From Mobula hypostoma (lineage: Eukaryota), in the NCBI RefSeq assembly GCF_963921235.1, contig NC_086109.1, positions 20,276,001 through 20,340,000 on the forward strand: 64,000 nucleotides of DNA. Reading direction: 5' to 3'. A program made the position numbers and the translations under genes. The notes under the pieces are model-generated. The model was not told the origin of the DNA. It made no database searches and saw nothing but the letters and a program-made list of their open reading frames with translations. Each line of letters starts with the position of its first letter. Position 1 is the first letter of the stretch. Below are positions 39,243 through 50,500 of this stretch, piece after piece.

Positions 39243-40460
39243 ATAACGTAACACTATTACAGTGCCAGCTATAACATCAGGGTTCAATTTCCAAAGTTCA
39301 AAGTAAATTTTATTATCAAGGTACGTATTTGTCACCATATACAACCCTGAGATTCATTTTCTTGCAGGCATACTCAATAAATCTATAGAATAATTACCGT
39401 AACAGAATCAATGAAAGACCACCCAACTAGGGTATTCAACCAGAGTGCAGAAGCCAACAAGATGTGTCAATGCAAAAAGAAGAAATAATAATAATAAATA
39501 AATAAACAATAAATATCGAGAACATGATATGAAGAGTCCTTGAAAGTGAGTCTTTTAGTTGTGGGAACATTTCAATGGTTGGGCAAGTGAATTTTAAAAA
39601 AATGTTATTTCTTGAAACAGCATGAAGTAGAGTGAAGGTATCTCCTTTGGTTCAAGAGCCTGATGGTTGAGGGGTAATAACTGTTCCTTAACCCGGTGGT
39701 GTTAGTCCTAAGGCTTCTGTACCTTCTTCCCAATGGCAGCAGCGAGAAGAGAGCATGACCTGGGTGTTGAGGGTCCCTGATTTTGGAAGCTGCTTTCCTT
39801 TGACTGTTTCATGTAGATGTGCTCAATGGTTGGGAGGGTTTTACCTATGATGGATTTTGTTGTATCCACTACATTTTGTAGGATTTTCCATTCAAGGACA
39901 TTATTGTTTCCATACCAGGCTGTGATGCAGCTAGTCAACATATACTCTACTACACATCCATTAAAGTTTGTCAAAGTTTTCTGTAAGGAGTTTGTATGTT
40001 CTTTCGATGACCACATGGGTTTCACTGGGGTGCAGTTTCCTCCCACATTCCAAAGTTCAAAGTAAATTTATTATCAAAGTCCGTAAATAATTTGACACTA
40101 TTACCACCCTGAGATTTATTTTCTTGTGGGCATTGACAGCAGAACAAAGAAATACAATAGAGTCAATAAAAAACTACACATAAACAAAAGACTGACAAAC
40201 AATCAATGTGCAAAAGAAGACAAACTGCAACTACAAAGAAAGAACCAATAATAAATAAATAGATAAACAAATAGACAATAGTGATGTTGTAACATAAAGA
40301 TGTATGGGTAGGGCGAGTGAATTGTGGGTATGCTACATTGGTGCCAGAAATGTGGTGACACTTGTGGGCGGCCCAGCACAAACTTCACAGATTTTATTTG
40401 ATGGAAATAATGCTTTTCACTGACTATTTCAATGTACCTGTAACAAATAAAGCTGATCTT
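39243..40460 (+). mobile_element. V-domain SINE split by two minus-strand Rex1-like 3' fragments (~39293-39980, ~40052-40295)
   Basis: SINE parts ggttcaattt, ctgtaaggagtttgtatgtt..tttcctcccacattcc and aaagatgt..aataaagct are collinear once the inserts are removed. Confidence 0.65.
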
Positions 40461-41741
40461 TCTACCTTTTCTCTTTTTATAAACTCACAGCAGGAGTTAG
40501 AGGTTTAAGATTGATGGCCAACATTCACATAGGGCAAGAATTCCAATACAATGAAGGCCAGTCCAATGCTTCCAGCACTGACGCAATATGACTTACATGA
40601 TGCTTTACTGATGTAAACCTCCACTGCTAATGCTTCAGTGCAAGGAAGAAGCAGCTAAGCTACGGGGTAAGATCACCTCCAAATCATCCTGACCTGAACA
40701 TACAGTGAAAGTCATTAAGGTCCTGAAACTACTAGCACAATGGCTCACCAACGTTTGAAGCTAACAACAGATTACTCTTAAATGTGGACTTGGTGGTCAG
40801 ACAAGACGTATAAATGGGAGAATGCTTAGCTTAACAATAAAAAAGAGTTGAGAAAAGTTTGAGGAAACATGGAAGAGGGAATTGAAAAGGGAGACAGGGA
40901 GAGAGATGGAGAATAGTGGAATATGATTAAGTCATAGGTTGACAACACAGATTGAACCAACAAAAGATTAAAGGATTGGGGGAACTGGATAGAGACTCAT
41001 GATGAGAGAGTGAGAACGTGCATGCAGAGAAGGAGGTATTGGGAAGTTGTGAACACCTCTAGGAATGCAGAACTTGTTTCTGTTTTTAGTGTGTATGCAA
41101 ACGTCAACCTCCTCACAATGTAGAATCTGGCTGTGCTGAACTGCATGTGTAAGAGGCCCAGCGGAACAAAATACTTTATTGATATAGAATGACTTATCTG
41201 CCCAGATTTAAGTGCTGATTTATGATTCAAAGTTCAAATAAATTGATTATCAAAGTACATATATGTCAGCATACACCACCCTGAGATTAATTTTCTTGTT
41301 GCTTTCTCAGTCGATACAAAGAAGCACAATAGAATCAGTGAAAAGCTACACACAAAGACGGGCAAACTACCAATGTGCAAAGGAAGCCAAACTCTGCAAA
41401 TACACACAAAACAAATAAATACATCAATAATAATATTGTGAACATGATTTGTAGAGTCCTTCAAAGTGCAATCAGTTTAGTGTTGAGGTGAATAAAGTTG
41501 TCCATATAACTGTTCCTGAACCTTGTGGTGTGGGACCCAAGGCCCCTGTACCTCCTCATTTCAGATTTTTAAATTAATTTTCATTTATTCTGCTGTTGCT
41601 TGCCCAGACACACAGAAACCCCTCTTAAAGTGAGAATGAGGAGAGAAAGATGAGAGAAGAGAGTGGAGAAAGATTGAAGATGGAAAAGAAAGAAAGGGTG
41701 ACAAGAGAAAGACCAAAAGTGGGCGAGGGAAAGACAATAAA

Positions 41742-43032
41742 GCAATAGAATGTGAATTACATAGGACCATAAGTTTAATGAGTCATATCACCAAGATACT
41801 TCCAAGAATTTTGATGACGAGAGCTAAAAGTAAGATACAAACTGAAATAGGTAAAGAACGATGTGGTGTTGTGAAAGACAAAGGTACAAGAAATGCCATA
41901 TTGATGTTAAGGATACTATCAGAACCAGCTATTCAAGTGCAAAAAGATTTGTTTGTTTTATCGACTGCACAACAGCATTTGATAAAGTGAAGCACAGTAA
42001 ATTATCTGAAATATTACAGGAAACTCTAGATCTAGATTGGAAAGACCTCTGCCTAATCAGAAATCTGTACTGGGAACAAACTGCTGCTGTAAGAATAGAC
42101 GAAGAAGTGAGTCAGTTTACGAAAATCAAGACAGGTGTTAGACAAGGGTGTGTTTTCTCTCCTGATTTATTTAATGTGTACAGTGAAACAATATTACAGA
42201 GACATCTTGGGAATCGAAGTTGGTGGTGAAAACATCAATAATTTCAGATATGCAGATGACACTGTTTTAATTGCAAGTACGGAGGAAGAACTACAAAACT
42301 ATATTGATATAGTTGTTGAAGAAAGTGCAAAAATGGGTTTATCTATCAATTACAAAAAGACAGAATGTATGGTGATATCCAAAAAGGAGAATCCTATCTG
42401 CAGGCTGAGAATAAATGGGGAAGACATAAAACAAGTACAGGACTTTTGCTACTTAGGAAGCTGGGTGACATCAGATGGCAGGTGCGACATGGACATCAAA
42501 AGAAGAATAGAGATGGCAAAAGACACCTTTACGAGAATGAAGAGTATACTGACCAATACTAAACTAGATATGACAACCCTCCTCAGAGTACTGAAATGTT
42601 ACGTTTATCCAGTTATGTTATATGGCTCAGAATGTTGGACAATATCTAGTAACATGAGGAAACGAATTGAAGCAGCAGAGATTTGGTTTTTGAGGAAGAT
42701 GCAAAGAATATCATGGACGAAACGAATATCTAATGAGGATGTCATGAACAGAGCAAACACAGAAAGAGAAATAATGTATGAGATCATGAAAAGGCAACGT
42801 AACTTCATTGGACATGTGATTAGGAAAGAGGAGTTAGAATGCACGGTAATTATGGGAAAGATTGAAGGGAAGAAAGCAAGAGGAAGACAAAGACAAATGA
42901 TGATGGAGACAGCAGCCAGAGAACTGGAAATGAATACCAATGAATTAATCCACTTGACCTGAAACAGGAGTGTGTGGGCCATGGCAGTCAAAGCTCAAAC
43001 TGGGCACGGCACCTGATGATGATGATGATGAT
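41742..43032 (+). mobile_element. RTE-clade LINE, 5'-truncated
   Basis: HRTISLMSH, FIDxxxAFDKV, GVRQGCVFSP, YADD and YGSECWT motifs, a (GAT)n tail, and a 13-bp TSD gaaagacaataaa (41729-41741 and 43033-43045). Two frameshifts. Confidence 0.92.
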
Positions 43033-43184
43033 GAAAGACAATAAAAGAATGAAAAGGATGATGGGGGAAAGATGACAGAATGATAAGGGGTCAGAGAGAG
43101 CGAGAGGGTTTAAATAGATCGATGAAAAAAGGGAGAAGATACTGAGAGGGAATGAGGTACTAATGGGTCCAATACCAACAGGTA

Positions 43185-43199
43185 CCTGCTGGTGGCGCT
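43185..43199 (+). promoter_or_regulatory. CTCF-like motif at the edge of a CpG-retaining unique patch (~43190-43630)
   Basis: CCTGCTGGTGGCGCT versus consensus-like CCAGCAGGTGGCGCT, 2 mismatches. Confidence 0.4.
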
Positions 43200-43906
43200 G
43201 TTGAACCGTGGGACGTTATTGTACTCGGGGACATCGTCAATTGCAATTGAAGTGCAGTCCAGTGCAGCCATTCATTACACGGTCGAGAGAGGGAGTCCTG
43301 CGTGAGCAAGCATACGTACCCAAACCATCGATGGTCACTATGGGATGTGTGCAGGAATTCAGATCTTACGACTTTTGAAGGAGAAGTATTAATATGCAGG
43401 AGTCCCTAATGAATGTTAGAAGGTCGAGTGTATTTGCTGTACGTCCACCTCAGCACGTCCCTGTACTTCGCGATTCATCTTTAAGTTGTGGTTCACGGGA
43501 ACAATTCAAGAAGCTCAAGAAAAGTAATTGTAATCTCCTAAAAGAAAGCAATTTCTCCCTCACTCTTCATTATTTCGGAAAGAACAAGAGCAGCAAGCAA
43601 GCAAAATAGAGCAGGATAGGACGTGGAGTGCAAAATCCAGTTGGGCAGTGGTTTATCAAGGGGAAAGAATAGGAATTGTCAGGAAAGCATTGGTGTGATC
43701 AAAACTGAAAGTGATATTTTTAGCAAGAAATGGACAGAAGAACGGAGACATATTTTCGCTGTTACTTCCCACTTTGTTGTATACAAATTGGGCTACAACA
43801 TCAACCATGGCTCAAAATCATTATATTGTCATGGAATCATAGAAAGATAGAAAAGATCCTTTCAGACCATCAATCATTAATTTTAGAATGACCCGTTATT
43901 TGGATG

Positions 43907-44185
43907 TGGCACGGTAGCATTGTGGTTACCACAACACTTTACAGTACAGGTGAGCGGGATGCGTGTCCCACCACTGCCTGTAAGGAGTTTGCATGTTTTC
44001 CCCTTGACCGTGTGGCTTTACTCCAGGTGCTCTGGTTTCCTCCCACAGCCCAAAGACGTTATCGGTTAGTAGGTTAAATGAAAATTGTCCGGTGATTAGG
44101 CTAAGATTAAATTCGGGGATTGCTGGTCAGTGTGGCCTGAAGTGCCAGGAGGGCCTATTCCATGCTGTATCTGAAAAAGTAATAA
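43907..44185 (+). mobile_element. V-domain SINE (other copies ~11155-11365, 51503-51830, 58485-58780 and 59490-59755 on minus)
   Basis: tRNA-like head ggcacggtagc..gtggtta and V-domain ggtgctctggtttcctcccacag. Confidence 0.75.
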
Positions 44186-44329
44186 AAAATAATACTATTT
44201 ATTATATAGGATGTCTACAATATCTTAAGGGGCACTTGGTAAATACATGTCATTCCTTTTTTCCACCTTTCTAACAAAAAGGATAATTTCAAGAAATGGA
44301 TTTTAAGTGTAGATATTTACTGTTTCGAG

Positions 44330-44384
44330 ATGGCTGCTATCCGATTTGTTGACTGTGTCGCTGTTTTCTTACAAATTTCCTCTG
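44330..44384 (+). CDS. Candidate signal-peptide (leader) exon of an unidentified gene
   Basis: gagATGG Kozak context, MAAIRFVDCVAVFLQISS plus G|gtaagt (consensus intronic donor, phase 1, 55 nt) in unique sequence. No convincing downstream exon found. Confidence 0.35.
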
Positions 44385-45198
44385 GTAAGTAAGTTAACAA
44401 ACCCTGCCTTTTTGAAGCTCAGGCACTTACGAAGGATTGTGAATGTTCCAAAATATTCCACGACAGTCAGAATGAATTCTCAATCCAGTCATGTGCTTAC
44501 CCCTAAAATAGTGAAGTGCAGAAGTAAAGGTTGTTAATTTAGATCCATTGATAACTTTTAAAAGTAACAGAGTTGGTAACTGTCAAATTAGATGACGATC
44601 AACGATAGTAACAGATCTGTTTGATTCATATGGGAGTTAGGAAGAAAATATTGAGTACTTCAAAGAGATTTTCTGTGTTATCCCAGTAACAGACATAAGT
44701 AGATACGAACATCAAAATTAAAAGGGATCATCGATGAAAGACTTGCATTTCTAAAGACCTTTCTCAACATTTTCCAAATGTCCCCAGACTCTTTTGCAGC
44801 CAAGTACTCTTGAAGTGTAGACACTGTTATTTAGAAAATAATTTTCAGCAAAGCAAGCTGCCACAAATTCTATTGTCTAGATAATTTGCTTTAGAAATAT
44901 TGTTTAAGGGATTAACATTAGAAAAAGATGCTCTGATTGACTGGACTGCTTTTCTTCAAATAACGCCATGGATCCTTTAATTTCATGTGATACTGCAAAT
45001 GAGGTCTTAAGTGAGATCTCCAGAAGACTATATAGTCAGCTGCTCCTTTAATCCTTCACCAACGTGTCAGCCTAGATCTTTGTGCACAAAGATCTTGACC
45101 TTGAGGCTGTGTATGTCCGAGGAGGAAGTGCGGCCATCTCAATCAGAGCTGATGCAAAAATGCATTTTTACCCATCCAAATTACTTGTCAAAATTCTG

Positions 45199-46202
45199 CA
45201 TGGAGGCCGGTGACCAGTGGTGTGCCTTAGGGATCTGTTCTGGGACACCTACTCTTTGTGATTTTTATAAATGAACTGGATGAAGAAGTGGAGGGATGGG
45301 TTAGTAAATTTGCTGATGACACAAAGGTTGGGGGTGTTGTGGATAGTGGGGAGGGCTGTCAGAGTTTACAACGGGATATTGATAGGATGCAAAACTGGGC
45401 TGAGAAGTGGCAGATGGAGTTCGACCCAGATAAGGTGGTTCATTTTGGTAGGTCAAATATGATGACAGAATATACAATTAATTTATGACTCTTGGCAGTG
45501 TGGAGGATCAGAGGGATCTGGGAGTCCGAGTCCATAGGAGGCTCAAAGCTGCTACACAGGTTGACTCTGTGGTTAAGAAGGCATACGGTGCATTGGCCTT
45601 CATCAATCATGGGATTGAGTTTAAGAGTCGAGAGTAATGTTGCAGCTATATAGGTCTCTGGTCAGACCCCACTTGGAGAACTGTGCTCAATTTTGGTCGC
45701 CTCACTATAGGAAGGATGTGGAAACCATAGAAAGGGTGCAGAGGAGATTTACAAGGATGTTGCCTGGATTGGGGAGCATGCCTTATGAGAATCAGTTGAG
45801 TGAACTCGGCCTTTTCTCCTTGGTCGACGGAGGATGAGAGGTCAATTGACAGAGGTGTACAAGATGATGAGAGGCATTGATCGTGTGGATAGTCAGAGGC
45901 TTTTCCCCAGGGCTGACATGGCTAGCACGAGAGGGCATAGTTTTAAGGTGCTTGGAAGCAGGTACAGAGGAGATGTCGGGGGTAATTTTTTTACGCAGAG
46001 AGTGGTGAGTGCGTGGAATGGGCTGCCGGCGGGGGCGGTGGAGGCAGAAACAATCTTTTAAGAGACGCCTGGATGGATACATGAAGCTTAGAAAAATAGA
46101 GGGCTATAGGTAAAGCCTAGGTAGTTCTAAGGCAGGGACATGTTCAGCACAGCTTTGTGGGTCGAAGGGCCTGTATTGTACTGTATGTTTTCTATGTTTC
46201 TA
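45199..46202 (+). mobile_element. CR1 LINE 3' fragment (second subfamily)
   Basis: SKFADDTKVGG and LYRSLVRPHLENCAQFWSP motifs with a ttctatgtttct tail. Confidence 0.9.
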
Positions 46203-47379
46203 AAGTATGTATAAATTATACAAACTAGAGATTTGTCTGCTTACAGGCAGCCACAAAGCAAGGAACCCAAAAGAATCCATTAAAAAAATAAAGACCAACA
46301 CCCAATGTGCAAAAAAACACAACAGAATATGCACTCAGTAGAAACAAGCAACAGCATTCTGAACCAAATTGGGTCCTTAGATCCAAGTCCCCGGAGCAGC
46401 CTGCAGTAATCCAGAAGCCTTGGTCTCAGTTCATCATATCACCATGAAGCTTGCAGATACAAAGCACAGCAGCCAGGGAAGTCACACAGCCTCAGTGCGC
46501 AAGTGGCCCTACTCTTGCCTCTGGTCCCAATCCAGTCTATCTGGAATTGCGTTGATATTGGAATGGCCAACATTTTTATTAAAGTTATTTTAGATCCCAG
46601 CTTCCCATTAAATACTCTAATACCTTCCAGGATTTCTTGCATGCTCCCATAAAATGGAATCCAGAGTATTTCTGAATCCTTCCCTGAAGCCTTTATCAGA
46701 CTAATGAATTGGAGTAGGGTAGACGATTTGCAGCAAATGGAATATTATACAGGGCTATTTTATTTAGTAAATATAGCCCTATTCAAAGAGCAGGGAAAAC
46801 TATCACACAGGTTAATACAGTGATGCGTTTAGATCTTGGGTATAAAAACCACCTCAGTTAGTTCCATCACTGAGGGCAATAAACTTGATCGTTATGTGCA
46901 TTGCTCAACCATCTAAACTTTGCTTGGTCATAGCACTCTCAATCTGCCAAGTCCTTCTATCAAAACTTGGTTGCCAGGAAATTTTATGCCAAGTTCCATG
47001 GAACCATTGCAACAATGGGCTTCCCAGTGGAAATTTGGCTTTATTAACATGAACAGAAGTACTAGCTGTGACTCAGGGGATATTATGTCTTCTTATTTTG
47101 GTGAAATATCTCTGAAAACCTGGAGTGAAATTTGACTCTTATTTCTTATCTGATGTGCAATTTGTTGTTTTACAGCAGCGTTGCAGTGCCAAGGCATAAA
47201 ATTACTATAAATTACAAAATAAATATAGAGTGCAATACACAGGAATAATGAGGTACTAATGCTCATGGGCTGTTCTGAAATCTGATGGTGGAGGGGAAGA
47301 AGCTGTTCCTGAAACATTGAATGTGGGGCTTCAGGCTCCTGTACCTCCTCCCTGATGGTCATAATAAAAGGAGGGCACG

Positions 47380-48190
47380 TCCCAGACAGGATGTAACTGA
47401 GGAGGATCTCAATAGTGACCTTCCTTGTGGCGAAATCCCTCTGTAGTTACCACAGTCAGACTTGTTTTCCTTTTTCAGATACTGATCACAACTACAGTAT
47501 CTCGTGGACCTCTGGGACATGCCCCTCTTCCCAGATGTGGGCGCCAAAGCCGCGGAGTTGCGATGGAAGCTCTTCACTGACAGTTTTTAGGATTTTGCCG
47601 TCTGCTTCCAAAGGCAAGTTATTTTTGTGTTAGGTTGCGACTTCCCCAATATTCTGTTGGAAGGGAGTGATGTCGAGGTGAGCTGCTTTGGGCTAGAATT
47701 GAGGGCGATCACATCAAGGACATGGAAGATTTTCGAAGTATTCCTTGCAACGCTGCCGACTACTTCTCTGTCCATGATGAGTTCTCTCTGCTTCTTGCCG
47801 CTCAGTGGGCTGGATCCAAGAGCCTTTGGGGCTTTAGATGGCATTTACAATAATGAACCTGTGTATGTCATGGCTGCCAGCAAGTTGCAGAGCCTCCCTC
47901 ACCTTGACAATACGCCCCACCCCTCCCTTGCAACCATCTGTTTTGTGGTTTCCAGGTTTATTGCTGGGCCTTTGTCTTTGGGTGTCTCTACAGCTGTTTC
48001 TTCCCCTTTGAGGAAAGGTGGAGCTTCCAGTCCACGAGTTGCTCATTTTGTGATTCAGTAACCCCTGGTGATTCTCATCAAACCTGTTCAAGTGTTTCCT
48101 TGAGAGGAGACAATGTCCCAAAATTATGGTAGACTTCACAGCAGCCCAAAGGATTTGAACAATTTATGGCTCTTGTAGACTGTTGAATGG
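47380..48190 (-). mobile_element. Degenerate RTE-like LINE fragment
   Basis: Remnants KKENKSDCGNYRGIS and RKHLNRFDENHQ. Confidence 0.55.
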
Positions 48191-48216
48191 ACCATAAAAC
48201 CATAAAATATAGGAGA

Positions 48217-48746
48217 AGAACTGTGCTCAGTTCCAGTCGCCTCACTACAGGAAGGACGTGGAAACCATAGAAAGGGTGCAGAGGAGATTTACAAGGATGT
48301 TGCCTGGACTGGGGAGCATGCCTTATGAGAATAGGTTGAGTGAACCTGGCCTTTTCTCCTTGGAGCGACGGAGGATGAGAGGTGACCTGATAGAGGTGTA
48401 CAAGATAATGGGAGGCATTGATCGTGTGGATAGTCAGAGGCTTTTCCCCGGGGCTGAAATGACTAGCACGAGAGGGCATAGTTTTAAGGTGCTTGGAAGT
48501 AGGTACAGAGGAGATGTCAGGGGTAATTTTTTAACGCAGAGTGGTGAGTGCGTGGAATGGGCTGCTGGCGGCATTGGTGGAGGCAGAAACAATAGGGTCT
48601 TTTAAGAGACTCCTGGATAGCTACATGGAGCTTAGAAAAATAGAGGGCTATGGGTAAGCCTAGGTAGTTCTAAGGTAGAGACGTGTTCGGCACAGCTTTG
48701 TGGGCCGAAGGGCCTGTATCGTGCTGCAGGTTTTCTATGATTTTCT
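48217..48746 (+). mobile_element. CR1 3' fragment, same subfamily as 45199-46202
   Basis: Direct repeat of ~45678-46202. Confidence 0.9.
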
Positions 48747-49859
48747 AATTAGGTTATTAATCCCTTCGCGGCTACTCTGCCATTTAATCATAGCTGAAAA
48801 TTTTTTTTCAACACATTCTCCCTCTAACACTTAACCCTCATCAATCAGGAACCTATCGATCTTTGCCTTAAGTACGTCCAATGACTTGTCTTCCACTGCC
48901 CTCTGTGCCAAGGCCTTCATGGGCTCTAACTATATTTCTCACGCCTCGGTAACGCAGCCAGCATCATCAAAGACCCGTCCCACCCCGGACATTCTGTCCT
49001 CTCTCCCCTCCCGTCAGGCAGAAGAAACAAAAGCCTGAGTGCAAATTGCACCAGACCCACAGGCAGCTTCTGTCCTGCTGTTATAAGACTATCGAATTGT
49101 TCCCTAGTATGCTAAGATGGAATCTTTACCTTACGATCCACCTCATTTTGATATTGCACCTTATTGCCTACCTACATTGCACTTTCTCTGTAGCTGTCAC
49201 ACGTTATTCTGCATTACGTTCTTCTTCTACCTCAATGCATTGTGTAATGATTTGATCTATTGAACAGTATGCAAGACAAGCTTTTCACTGTACTTCTGAA
49301 CAATGGACAATAATGAAGCAATTCCAATACCAATTACGATTACATTACTACATCAATGCGCTATGTGATGATCTGATCTGTATGATCAGTATACAAGACA
49401 AGCTTGCCCCAGTATCTTGGTTTATGTGACAATAATAAACCAATTCCAATAAATTCCACAGATTCACCACCTCTGGCTGAAGAAACTTCTCACCTCAGTA
49501 TTAAAGAAACATCCCTTTATTTGGAACTGTGCATTCAGATCCCAGACTCTCCTACTATTGGTTGTTTTGACTGAAAAAAAATTTAACCTTCAACATGGAG
49601 ACTAGAAAAATGTGACGGCACATGCATCAACAGGTCAGTAAAGGAACTTCTCAATCCTGAGGCAATTTAAGGGGATAAAAATGGATGTTCCCACATGGTT
49701 AAATTTCAATTCGCCAGGGAATAGGTTCACATGAAAAAAAGTGTGGGATAAGAATTAGATTTAACCTAACATCACAAAAGTGTCAAAAGAGCTGAAGGTG
49801 TAGAAGGGTGGTGAAAAAGTGGAAAATAATTATATAAAATGCACAACACACATACGTTT

Positions 49860-50500
49860 CAGAATACAGGGTTAATGGCAGGATTCTCACTATTGTGGAG
49901 GAACAGAGGGATCTTGGGGCCCACGCCCATAGATGCCTCAAAATTGTGGGACGTGTTGATAGGAAGGTTCAGAAGGCATACGATGTATTGGCCTTCATTA
50001 GTCAGGGGATTGAGTTCAAGAGCCATGAGGTGATGTTGCAGCTCTATAAAACCATGGTGAGTCACACTTGGAGTAATTTGTTCAGATCTGGTCGCCTCAT
50101 TATAGGAAGGATGTGGAAGCTTTAGGAAGGATGTAGATGAGATTTCCCAGGATTAGGGAGCATGTCTTATGAGGACAGATTGATTGAGCGAGGGATACTT
50201 TTCTTTGCAGCATAGGAGATGAGAAGTGACTTAATAGCAGTTGCAAGATGGTAAGAGGCATTGATAGAGTGGACAGCCAGACCTTTCCCCGAGGAGGAAA
50301 TGACTAATACGAAGGGAGCATGATTTGAAGGTGCTTGGAGGAGAGTATGGGGGGGACCTCAGAGGTAGTTCTTTATACAGAGAGTGGTGGGTGTGTCGAG
50401 TGTCCTGCCAGTGATGGTGGTAGAGGCAGATATATAAGGGAGGGAAGGGTTAAGATGATTGTAGGGTAAGATAAAGGGTCAGCATAACATTGTGAGATGT
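49860..50500 (+). mobile_element. Old CR1 3' fragment
   Basis: EEQRDLG..KAYDVLAFISQGIEFKS..LQLYKT. Confidence 0.8.
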
